Shown here piece by piece: positions 28,593 to 37,800 of a stretch of 64,000 nt of DNA. Both the position numbers and the translations under genes were made by a program. Under the pieces are notes generated by a model that did no database searches, had not been told where the DNA came from, and saw only the letters and a list, made by a program, of their open reading frames with translations. The stretch covers positions 20,625-84,624 of the forward strand of contig DASWNF010000009.1 of NCBI GenBank assembly GCA_036399335.1. The letters run 5' to 3'. The stretch comes from Minisyncoccota bacterium (GTDB lineage Bacteria; Patescibacteriota; Minisyncoccia; Phycocordibacterales; Phycocordibacteraceae). Within the stretch, counting starts at the first letter, position 1. Every line of letters starts with the position of its first letter.

Positions 28593-28629
28593 AAAAACCG
28601 TGGGGAGCTCGTCCCCACGGTTCATTTTT
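28593..28629. terminator. bidirectional terminator
   Basis: aaaaa-ccgtgggg-agctcgt-ccccacgg-ttcattttt. Confidence 0.65.
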
Positions 28630-28645
28630 GTCCGGCCCTCCCTGG

Positions 28646-29299
28646 CTACTCGAACTTCTTCAGGAATTCGCCGTCCACCACGCTGCCGTAGAACTGCTGC
28701 GTGGCGCGGCAATAGTGCTGGACCGCGAGCTCGGACGAAGCGGCGAGTTCCATGCGGAAGTGTTCGTGTTCGCCCGACCTGATGGCCTCGAGCACGGCCT
28801 CGAATTGGTTGGGATTCGACACGACGATACGTCCGCTCTTTGCGGCCGCCCGCAGCAGGGTCGGGCCGCCGATGTCGATAGCCTCGATGACGGAACGGAG
28901 CGTGCAGTCATCCTTGTTCAGCTCTTCGAGAAGCGGATAGAAGTTCACATAGACGAGCGAGATGGGCTCGATGCCGAGGCGCTCGAGCTCGGCCATGTCG
29001 TCCGGGTTGTCGAGCCGCGCAAGGATCCCCGCGTGGATTTCCCGGCTCAGCGTGACCACGCGATGCCCCAGGATGGGCGCGCCCACGATGTCTGCCACAT
29101 CCCTTGAGGGGATGTCGTGCTTTTCGAGGAAGGTCTTTGTCCCCGACGAGGCCAGCAGCGACCAATCGAGGTCGATGAGGCCCTGGGCAAAGGCAACCAG
29201 GGAGGAATCCTTGGTTGATGCGCTCAGGAGCGCAATCTTGGTAGTGGTCTTCACGGCACAACTCCTAGATGAAAGGGCAGGCTGTTTACCCGGTGCCAC
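28646..29299 (-). CDS. IMP cyclohydrolase-like protein (PurH N-terminal MGS-like domain only)
   Basis: IALLSASTKDSSLVAFAQGL ... HRVVTLSREIHAGILARLDNPDD ... ISLVYVNFYP ... IDIGGPTLLRAAAKS parallels E. coli PurH residues ~10-200. There is no AICAR transformylase domain. Confidence 0.7.
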   Translation of the reverse strand: MAPGKQPALSSRSCAVKTTTKIALLSASTKDSSLVAFAQGLIDLDWSLLASSGTKTFLEKHDIPSRDVADIVGAPILGHRVVTLSREIHAGILARLDNPDDMAELERLGIEPISLVYVNFYPLLEELNKDDCTLRSVIEAIDIGGPTLLRAAAKSGRIVVSNPNQFEAVLEAIRSGEHEHFRMELAASSELAVQHYCRATQQFYGSVVDGEFLKKFE

Positions 29300-29329
29300 T
29301 GTATAGGAAGGAGCCCTAAGCGCAACTGG

Positions 29330-29641
29330 CTACACCCAGCCCGAAACGGTAAGGTCCACCGCTTCCTTTTTGAACATCACGCCCTCCTTGCTGAGGAGTT
29401 TCTTCTTCGTGCTCAGGCCATCGCCGTATGCATAGCCCGTGAGTTTGCCGCCGGCGCCTACCACGCGGTGGCAGGGAACGGCCTTCGTATCCTTATTGGT
29501 GCGCATGCACATGCCCACGGCGCGAGCGGCTCCGGGTACGCCTGCGCGTCTTGCGACTTCGCCATACGTGAGTACTTTGCCGGCAGGGATGGCGGCGACA
29601 ATCGCGTAGACCCGCTCACGAAAACTGGGGATGCTCTTCAT
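29330..29641 (-). CDS. ogt: methylated-DNA--protein-cysteine methyltransferase (MGMT/Ogt) DNA-binding/active-site domain
   Basis: PCHRVV active-site motif and YGEVA helix-turn-helix. Confidence 0.8.
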   Translation of the reverse strand: MKSIPSFRERVYAIVAAIPAGKVLTYGEVARRAGVPGAARAVGMCMRTNKDTKAVPCHRVVGAGGKLTGYAYGDGLSTKKKLLSKEGVMFKKEAVDLTVSGWV

Positions 29642-29676
29642 GCATACAGGATACCAGACTGCTACAATGTTCCTAC

Positions 29677-30225
29677 ATGCACGAGCACTTCACCAGGAGA
29701 CCTCTTGTCCTTTACGGCGGCCTCGCCGCAGTGGTGCTGCTTGTCCTTGTTGCCGCTGCATTTCTCATGCGGGAAGACGTGTCCTATACGGAGCCGCCAG
29801 TGGCAACGAGCACCAGCCAGGTGGTTGCTACCTCAAGCCGACCCGCGCCTTCTGCGTCAGTGCCGGCTGAGGCGCCGAAGCCTTTCCGGTTCGAAGTGGT
29901 GACCTCAGTCGCCGCACAAGCTAAAGGCTTGGGCGGCCGTGCCGATATCCCAGCGGATTACGGCATGCTGTTTATATTTGAGGCTAAGGAACGCCGCGGG
30001 TTTTGGATGAAAGACATGTTGGCTCCCATAGATATCATCTGGATTTCCGACGAAAGCATCGTCGTGGGAGTTGAGGAGAACGTATCACCGGACTCCTATA
30101 AGAAGGCAAAGCCCGATGTCTTTTACCCGCCCGAAGCCGTGCGATATGTCCTTGAGACCCGGGCAGGGGAGGCGCGTCGGCTTGGTCTTGCGCCTGGGGT
30201 AAAACTCAACCTCCCGCTGCCGTAA
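29677..30225 (+). CDS. DUF192-domain protein (N-terminal TM anchor)
   Basis: MKDMLAPIDIIWISDESIVVGVEENVSP ... RYVLETRAG pattern typical of DUF192. Confidence 0.65.
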   Translation: MHEHFTRRPLVLYGGLAAVVLLVLVAAAFLMREDVSYTEPPVATSTSQVVATSSRPAPSASVPAEAPKPFRFEVVTSVAAQAKGLGGRADIPADYGMLFIFEAKERRGFWMKDMLAPIDIIWISDESIVVGVEENVSPDSYKKAKPDVFYPPEAVRYVLETRAGEARRLGLAPGVKLNLPLP

Positions 30226-30382
30226 GCTTCCCCGTACTTGCCACGGGGGGTGGAGGGTGTCGCACTGCGCCTTGTCCCCAAGTCGAGCTCGGGCATGGCG
30301 CGGTAGAATAGACTTCACGTCGACTTCACTCCAACCCCGCCCGATTCTTCGACGCCAATTATTACCTCACCCTTAATGTCGT

Positions 30383-32743
30383 ATGCCCAAAACCGCGAAG
30401 TCTCCAGCCGCCAAGAAGGCCGCCCCTAGTGCCCCAGCCGTTATCGAAAGCAAGGAGACTAAGCGATATCGCGAACTCATTCCTAAGATTGAGAAGCGCG
30501 ATGGCCGTCTTACGACATTCAACTTTGAGAAGATTGTAGAAGCCACCCACAAGGCGATGCTCGCCGCAGACGAAGGTTCCCACGACGACGCTACCCTGGT
30601 CGCGCACCAAGTTGCCGGCAACCTCGCGCGCTTCGCGAAGAAGTACAAGAATTTCCTCCCAACCGTCGAGGGCATCCAGGACGATGTCGAGAAGCAGCTC
30701 ATGTTGAACGACTTCACGGCAACGGCGAAGGCGTACATCCTGTACCGCGACAAGAGGAACCAGATGCGTGCGGAGCAGGTGGAAATCCCGGACGAGGTAC
30801 GGGCGCTTGCTGCCGAGAGTAAGGCATATTTTAAAGACAACGCGCTCGGCGAATTCGTGTACCTGCGCAGCTACTCGAAGTGGGTACCGGGCGAAGGGCG
30901 CCGCGAGACGTGGATCGAGACCGTTGACCGCTACCTCGGCTTCATGCGCGAGAACCTCGGCACCAAGCTGACCGAAAAGGAATACACGGAAATCCGGACG
31001 GCCATCCTGAACCAGGAGATCGTCCCGTCGATGCGCCTCATGCAGTTCGCCGGCGAGGCCGTGCGTCGCTGCAACGTCGCCGCCTACAATTGCTCGTACA
31101 TCGCACCGTCGAAGGTGCGCGACTTCGCCGAGATCATGTACATCTCCATGTGCGGTACGGGCGTAGGCTATTCGGTCGAGAGCGCAAACGTGCAGGCGCT
31201 CCCACAGATCAGCTACCAGACCGGCGATAAGCTCGCGACCCACGTCGTTGAGGACTCGAAGGAAGGCTGGTGCGACGCGCTTACCCTCGGGCTTACCACC
31301 TGGTATGACGGCAACGACATCGACTTCGATTTCTCTAAGATCCGTCCTGCAGGCGCCCGCCTCAAGACCATGGGCGGCAAGGCCTCGGGCCCGGAGCCGC
31401 TCCGCAGCCTCCTCGCCTTCGCGCGTGAACGCTTGCTCGCACGCCAGGGCCGCCGTCTCCGCAACATCGACGCGCACGACATCATCTGCAAGATCGGGGA
31501 ATGCGTCGTTGCCGGCGGCGTACGCCGTAGCGCCATGATTTCGCTTTCCGACCTCGACGACGAGCAGGTGCGTGACGCAAAGAAGGGCCAGTTCTGGATG
31601 ACCGACGCCCATCGCTCAATCGCAAACAACTCCGCCGTTTACCACGAGAAACCGACGAACGAAGAGTTCATGGACGAGTGGGTTGCGCTCATGAAGAGCA
31701 AGACGGGCGAGCGCGGCATCTTTAACCGCGGCGGCCTCATGACCCAGCTCCCAGAACGCCGCATCAACTTCTGGAAGGAGAGCGGCTACGTACGCAACGA
31801 CAAGGTCGTCGGTCCTGCCGGCACGAACCCGTGCGGCGAGATCATCCTCAAGTCGAAGCAGTTCTGTAACCTCACCGAAGTCATCGCCCGTGCCGAAGAT
31901 ACGAAGGAGACCCTCGTACGCAAGGCCCGCCTCGCGACCATCCTCGGCACCTACCAGTCGACGCTCGTGAAGCTCGGCTACCTCTCCGAAGAGTGGACGA
32001 AGAACTGCAAGGAAGAGCGCCTTCTCGGCGTTTCCATTACCGGGCAGTGGGACTCAAAGGTCGTACGCACCGACGAAGCGCTCCGTGCCATGCGCAAAGA
32101 GACGATCAAGACGAACCAGAAGTATGCCGAACGGTTCGGCGTGCCGGCATCAACGGCCATCACCTGCGTAAAGCCTTCCGGAACCACGTCGCAGACCATG
32201 GGCGTCTCAAGCGGCATGCATCCGCGTCACGCGCCATACTACGTGCGCCGTATCCGCATCAGCGCAACGGACTCCTTGTTCAAGCTTATGCGCGACGCCG
32301 GCGTGCCGTACTACCCGGAAGTGGGGCAGGCGATAGACAGCGCCAATACGTACGTACTCGAGTTCCCGGTGAAGGCTCCGCAAGGCGCCATCTGCAAGGA
32401 CGACCTTACGGCACTCGACCAGCTCGAGCACTGGAAGCTCGTGAAGGAAAGCTACACCGAGCACAACCCGTCCGTGACCATCTCCATCGGTGACGACGAG
32501 TGGATTGAGGTCGCTAACTGGGTGTATGAGAACTGGGAGAAGGTGGGCGGCCTTTCCTTCCTTCCGCGCGAGAACCACGCCTACCGCCTCGCGCCGTACG
32601 AAGCAATCTCGAAGGATGAGTACGAGGAGCGCATGAAGAGCTTCCCGACGGTGGATTACGCCAAGCTCATGCTCTACGAGCGCCAGGACGAGACGGAGCT
32701 TAAGAAGGAGCTGGCCTGCGTTTCAGGCGTCTGCGAAATCTAA
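30383..32743 (+). CDS. nrdJ: ribonucleotide reductase, most likely adenosylcobalamin-dependent class II (NrdJ-like), with N-terminal ATP-cone
   Basis: TNPCGEI active-site motif and a C-terminal Cys pair. No small-subunit gene lies adjacent. Confidence 0.75.
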   Translation: MPKTAKSPAAKKAAPSAPAVIESKETKRYRELIPKIEKRDGRLTTFNFEKIVEATHKAMLAADEGSHDDATLVAHQVAGNLARFAKKYKNFLPTVEGIQDDVEKQLMLNDFTATAKAYILYRDKRNQMRAEQVEIPDEVRALAAESKAYFKDNALGEFVYLRSYSKWVPGEGRRETWIETVDRYLGFMRENLGTKLTEKEYTEIRTAILNQEIVPSMRLMQFAGEAVRRCNVAAYNCSYIAPSKVRDFAEIMYISMCGTGVGYSVESANVQALPQISYQTGDKLATHVVEDSKEGWCDALTLGLTTWYDGNDIDFDFSKIRPAGARLKTMGGKASGPEPLRSLLAFARERLLARQGRRLRNIDAHDIICKIGECVVAGGVRRSAMISLSDLDDEQVRDAKKGQFWMTDAHRSIANNSAVYHEKPTNEEFMDEWVALMKSKTGERGIFNRGGLMTQLPERRINFWKESGYVRNDKVVGPAGTNPCGEIILKSKQFCNLTEVIARAEDTKETLVRKARLATILGTYQSTLVKLGYLSEEWTKNCKEERLLGVSITGQWDSKVVRTDEALRAMRKETIKTNQKYAERFGVPASTAITCVKPSGTTSQTMGVSSGMHPRHAPYYVRRIRISATDSLFKLMRDAGVPYYPEVGQAIDSANTYVLEFPVKAPQGAICKDDLTALDQLEHWKLVKESYTEHNPSVTISIGDDEWIEVANWVYENWEKVGGLSFLPRENHAYRLAPYEAISKDEYEERMKSFPTVDYAKLMLYERQDETELKKELACVSGVCEI

Positions 32744-32767
32744 TTCGCTTTAAGAAAAAGGTAATAG

Positions 32768-32795
32768 CAAAGACCCGCCGTTAGGCGGGTCTTTG
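32768..32795. terminator. bidirectional terminator between the RNR gene and rnpB
   Basis: caaagacccgcc-gtta-ggcgggtctttg. Confidence 0.7.
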
Positions 32796-32803
32796 CATAT
32801 ATT

Positions 32804-33141
32804 GTGGACCGGCCCGATAAGCCGAATTCTGTCCGGGGCCGAAGCCCCTAGGACGGTCATCTATCTGGGATGGCTGTTACCAGCCACCTCGAGCGGCGCT
32901 CCAGGTCAAGCCTGGCTCGGCCTTGCACCGGGGTAAGGATTTAGCCGTTTCAGCCCGGGATCGCTCCGGGGACGCTCTCAGGGAGAGCACCTATCCTTTC
33001 GGAATCGGTCGTTTCTGTTCGCACCTCGTAGTTCGCACTAGGCGGGCGTTACCCGCTACCTTGCTGCGCTCTTCCGAGCGCCGGTGTTCGGACTTTCCTC
33101 TAGGGCCGGAGCCCCAGCGACCGTCTAGACCGGTCCGGCAG
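32804..33141 (-). ncRNA. rnpB: RNase P RNA (bacterial type A)
   Basis: Minus strand reads GAGGAAAGUCCGAAC (P4 5' strand), GGUAACGCCCG, AACAGAAACGACCG, and ACAGAAUUCGGCUUAUCGGGCCGGUCC (P4 3' strand plus P1). GG to AA and CC to UU covary in P4. P1 pairs the two ends. Confidence 0.85.
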
Positions 33142-33276
33142 CAATATACCACGCGTATCCATACTAACCATGGTTCGAAACTAGTCTGCCCAGCGATGAT
33201 AAAGAAAAGCCGTCGCTTGTAAGTGCCCATAAGGCGACTTAGAAGCGACGACTTGAGTCTGCTTGCCTAGTTCAGG

Positions 33277-33762
33277 CTAGGCTTCCGGGAAACCGAGGCG
33301 GAGAAACCCATCGGGGTCGTAGACGCCGCCGTTCAGGTGGAAGCTCACGGCACCCTGTACAGAACTGACGTTCTTGATTCTCAGCTCGGCGAGCGCCTTA
33401 GCCAACGAATCCATGTAGCCGTGAAAGGCATAGAGTTGAGCAGGCTTGATAGCCTGGATGGACAGTCGGAACTTAACCGTATGCGCTCCCCATTTGTGGT
33501 CGAAAGCTATGTCAGGCCCAAGAACGCTCGGCTCTTTCCATTCTTCACCCCGCGTAGCATCGCGCCACGGATGCGCTTCGCTAAAGTTCAGGAGCGCTAC
33601 CCGCAAGTCGCTCACGAGGGAATGCCTGGGGTAATAGCGAGAGGTAATGAAGCTGATGCTGCCCTCGCAACTGTGGCGTGTTTGACGCCAGTTTTCACGG
33701 GTCTCCATAGGAGGACCTCCTCTATCGGGCGGAACTACCCGAGACAAATGGTACTCGTCCAA
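33277..33762 (-). CDS. hypothetical protein (orphan)
   Basis: Protein-like ORF between rnpB and the island. An antisense ORF of similar length also exists. Confidence 0.4.
   Translation of the reverse strand: MDEYHLSRVVPPDRGGPPMETRENWRQTRHSCEGSISFITSRYYPRHSLVSDLRVALLNFSEAHPWRDATRGEEWKEPSVLGPDIAFDHKWGAHTVKFRLSIQAIKPAQLYAFHGYMDSLAKALAELRIKNVSSVQGAVSFHLNGGVYDPDGFLRLGFPEA
33708..33762 (-). other. alternative start region; see the CDS 33277-33762
   Basis: Internal Met METRENW. Confidence 0.1.
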
Positions 33763-33776
33763 ATAAGGATGTCAAA

Positions 33777-33808
33777 GTTCCAGCATCGTCCCAGAGCCCA
33801 GCAAGTGC
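33777..33808 (+). repeat. motif copy 6 (AGTTCCAGCATCGTCCCAGAGCCCAGCAAG)
   Basis: Direct reading, 13 nt upstream of the ATG at 33821. Confidence 0.8.
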
Positions 33809-33820
33809 TAGCATAAGAAC

Positions 33821-34345
33821 ATGAATAAATACGTGATACTTGTCGTTTTGTGTGCGGCACTCTTAGGCGTATTCCTTTTAAACAAAAACTGGTCAGGAAA
33901 CGACACGACTAATTACGAAGGGGCGCCAGCCTCCTCAAGCGTTATGAGCGTGATTGACTTAAAGCCAGGAGATATTTCTGGAGGTATGCGTGTAGTTTCC
34001 ATTGAGCCATATAACAAGGAGTTCGGGCCGTTGGCATCAAACAATGCTAAGGCGGAGTTCTCTGGGACTGCGGTAATTGAAGGAGAGTACAACTATTATT
34101 TTAGTGAGCTTGGCGGTGACTGGTGGCTCAGTTTTTCCGCCTCAAGCACGAGTAGTGGGCTTCCGGCGGTCGAAGAAAGATCCCCAGGTTTTAGCGTGAT
34201 CAACCAGGAGGAAGCACTGCGCCTTCTTAAAATCACACCGCAAATAGCTGCAAAGGGTGCGGCTCGCGTTACGGTGCAAAATTACACGTTAGAAAGCTAT
34301 CCATCAGAGGTAAGTGATAAATCAACAATTATTTCCGTAGAGTAA
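33821..34345 (+). CDS. hypothetical secreted protein (signal peptide), AT-richer
   Basis: N-terminal hydrophobic signal sequence. Codon usage is lower-GC. Confidence 0.55.
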   Translation: MNKYVILVVLCAALLGVFLLNKNWSGNDTTNYEGAPASSSVMSVIDLKPGDISGGMRVVSIEPYNKEFGPLASNNAKAEFSGTAVIEGEYNYYFSELGGDWWLSFSASSTSSGLPAVEERSPGFSVINQEEALRLLKITPQIAAKGAARVTVQNYTLESYPSEVSDKSTIISVE

Positions 34346-34368
34346 TCTTGCCGTTCTTAGGGCAGCGG

Positions 34369-34398
34369 TTCCAACATCGTCCCACACTCTCAACAATA
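34369..34398 (+). repeat. motif copy 7 (GGTTCCAACATCGTCCCACACTCTCAACAA)
   Basis: Direct reading. Followed by the hairpin cggccgcag-actag-ctgcggccg at 34400-34422. Confidence 0.7.
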
Positions 34399-34431
34399 AC
34401 GGCCGCAGACTAGCTGCGGCCGCGTTCCATC

Positions 34432-34722
34432 TCAGGCTGGCTTCTGTCCCAGAATCGAAATATTCACTTCTTCAAACCAGCGCTGCTCGAGGAACTCATT
34501 AGGGAGTGGATCCTTCTCGCGCTGCTCCTGCTCACCATGGGCGCGAGCTTTCTCCATCCACGCCTCAGAAATGGCGTCATGGTTTGCCGGGATAGCCGTC
34601 TGTGTGAGAAATGTAGCGAGTCTCCTTAGTCCTTCTTTATCCGTAGGTTTGGTCTCGCTGATAAGATTGAGGACCGACTCATGAAAGGGCATTAGCATGG
34701 TGCTTCTCCTTAGCCTCCACAC
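34432..34722 (-). CDS. hypothetical small protein
   Basis: Minus-strand ORF between motif copies 7 and 8. Confidence 0.45.
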   Translation of the reverse strand: MWRLRRSTMLMPFHESVLNLISETKPTDKEGLRRLATFLTQTAIPANHDAISEAWMEKARAHGEQEQREKDPLPNEFLEQRWFEEVNISILGQKPA

Positions 34723-34746
34723 TATCTAACCCCAACATACTTAAAG

Positions 34747-34775
34747 AAGTTCCAACGCTGTCCTACTGCCAATTA
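34747..34775 (+). repeat. motif copy 8 (degenerate: AGTTCCAACGCTGTCCTACTGCCAATTA)
   Basis: Aligned by eye. Weaker match. Confidence 0.5.
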
Positions 34776-34855
34776 TTTCCTATTAGACCGTACACCCGAG
34801 ACGCGTAGTTCAAGAGGATTTATTAATCCTACAAAAGAGCTATATACTGCTGAGT

Positions 34856-37800
34856 ATGGAACTTACCCGCACCTTTGGTGGGTTAAGTAAGAACGACGCC
34901 CCAATCGCCGGCGGGAAAGGTGCGTCCCTTGGCGAAATGACCCAGGCGGGTATTCCGGTGCCTCCCGGATACGTTATTCTCTCTTCCGCCTTCGAGCGCT
35001 TTCTTGAGGAGGCAGACCTCATCCAGGAAGTGGAGGCAATTCTCGGACAAGTAGACCATAACGAGGTCCACACCATAGAACGTGCTTCCGAAGAGATCCA
35101 AGGCCTCATCTTGAACGCGAAGATGCCTGAGAATATCGAAACCGATGTTATGAAACTCTTCAGGGAACTCGATACTGAGTACGTTGCGGTGCGCTCATCC
35201 GCGACTGCTGAGGACGGGGCTGAGCACGCATGGGCAGGACAACTCGACAGTTATCTCAATACGACCGAGGAGGCACTCCTAAAGAACGTACAGCGCTGCT
35301 GGGCGTCTCTCTTCACCCCTCGTGCCATCTTCTATCGTTTCGAAAAGGGCTTGCATACGACCAGCATTTCAGTCGCCGTTGTGGTACAGAAAATGGTCGA
35401 CTCTGAAATCTCAGGGATCGCTTTCTCAGTGCATCCAATCACTGAAGACCGGAACCAGCTCATTATCGAATCGGGCTTCGGTCTCGGTGAAGCTATTGTT
35501 TCCGGCCAAGTGACCCCTGACAGCTACGTGGTCGAGAAGCAGCCACGGAAGCTTATCGATAAGAATATTTCGGCCCAAACCCGCGGCATTTACCGTGCTG
35601 AAGAAGGAGGGAATGAGTGGCGAGATATTCCTGAACCAAAAGCTTCCTCTCAGGTGCTCTCCGATGAGCAAATCCTTGAGCTCTCAGAGCTCGTCATACG
35701 AATCGAGACCCACTACGGCTTCCCATGCGATATTGAGTGGGCGTACGAGAAGGGAAGTTTCTATATAACCCAGAGCAGGCCAATTACGACCCTCTCGTCA
35801 TTAACGAATGAGAATAGGCGACCGCTGTATAGGGTAAATGTTGCACGCGATATTTGCCTCGCTACGTTTGAGGTGTGGGCAGAGAGTGATACCAAGTACC
35901 TCAACGACTGGATAGGAGTTACTACTGAGCGGCTAGTCTTGGAAAGAAAGGAAGGAGTGATTACCGCCTATGAGGACGAGCAGATATTCAAGGATGTTAC
36001 TGAACGGCTCACGTATCTCCTGAAGGACCCAGAGTGGTTCAACACCGCAATTGAGAAATATCGGGCGGGAATCAAACGCGCAGAAGAGCTAAAGGGAGTC
36101 CTTCGAGAGAGCCCTTCTAAGGAGAATTTACGAAGGTTGTTTGAGCAACTTGCTCGTACTCAGGGCGGCCTAGCCGTTGTGTATTTTGTCCCTTCAGTCG
36201 CGGGTATACCTGAGGAGATAAAGGAACGAGCGCTTGATGAGCGTAAGAATACAGAAGCGTTTTTCTATAGCTCTGACGAGGTGCTTAGCGAAGCAATTAA
36301 GACCCTATACCCTGACCAAGCTGAGTATGCGCAAATTCTAAGCATCGAGGAACTTACAACAAATCTTCCTTATGTAAGCGAACTGCAGAAACGACTTAAT
36401 CATTTCATCTATTACGATAAGAAGTTCTTCTATGATCAAGGCCTGGAAGTTGTAGAAAATGAATTAGGTATTCAGATTGAAAGGCCTACGCCTACAAGTA
36501 ACACATATCAGAAGCATCAGCGTGACTACACGCTGCTAGGAACCTCCGTCGTGTTCTCAGGGTACTGCGGTAAAGTTACTCAGGATTACTTCTCCTTCTC
36601 CCCGCAGCCGATGTTCATTTATATAAATAATGGTATTTTGTACCACTTTACCTCTGAGGGGGACTCGGCTGGCCGCGCAAAATCATGGGTGCATAAATAT
36701 GGGTCGGCCAAGGAGCTAGACGCGCACAAGAAGGTGCACGACACTCTCCTAAAGGACTATCGCGCCTTTATGGCGAGGGAAGGTCATAGTGGACGCGAGA
36801 GCCTCCCCATATTGCACAAATATTTTACTAACCTACTTCCTCTAATTCTCGTTGCGATTGAAGTCCCAGAGCATGAGGCGGCAATAGACAAGGAAATTAT
36901 TGACGCGTGTTTTAAGATTCGTTCGGAAAACGAGGACGTGTATAAAGTGGGCTTTGACTTCCAAAAGAAGCTACTTAACCAGCTGGAGACAGAAGACGGG
37001 CTTGCGGAAAACGTCCTCTCGCTTACTACGGTAAACGAGTTTGACAGGTATCTTTCCACAGGCGCATTGCCGACTGATCTAGTAAACAGGAATGCATTTG
37101 CTCTTATAGAGCACGGTACTGGAGGCATTATCGTCCATAAAGATGAATCAAAACTTACTGAGTTAGATCGCCAGGCTACGGTTACTGACACCAGCGAGTT
37201 GAAAGGCAATACTGCGTATGGTGGGAGGGCTACGGGAAGAGTGCGCATTATTAAGCTGGTTAAAGACATGGACCAGCTTCAAGAAGGCGAGGTTCTTGTG
37301 GCATCAATGACGGATCCAAGATACGTTCCAGCGATGAAAAAAGCCGCAGCAATCGTTACCGATGAGGGTGGAGTAACGAGCCACGCGGCGATAGTCGCGA
37401 GAGAGCTGAAGAAGCCCTGCATTATTGGTACCAAAGTTGCCACCCAAGTATTAAGAAATGGAGACGACGTTGATGTGGACGCGGACTCTGGAGTAATCCG
37501 CATAGTGAAGCGAGCGCCATTGTTCAAAAAAGAGGATTACGTACTTTCATTTTGGGCGCAGGGAGTGAGTATTTTTGTTACGGATATTCATTTTGATGCT
37601 TACAAACACCTAGGCATTCTCTTCATAATTGAAGATGGAAAATTCAAACAGTACTTCCTAAAGGAAAAATACGAGGAAGCCCTTGATGAAGGAGTCAAGT
37701 TTTACAGTCAGGAGCATGCGGTCCTGGAGTACAAGGAGGCGCTTGAGGCGCATTGCAATAACCTGGCTCAATTCTTTGAGACTCAAATTAAGGGGAAGGA

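Noticed and set aside
30362-31612. 416-aa minus-strand ORF and other minus ORFs in 30.3-32.6 kb
   Set aside because: Antisense to the ribonucleotide reductase gene, which has unambiguous motifs.
32923-33230. 99-aa plus and 79-aa minus ORFs
   Set aside because: They lie within the RNase P RNA gene.
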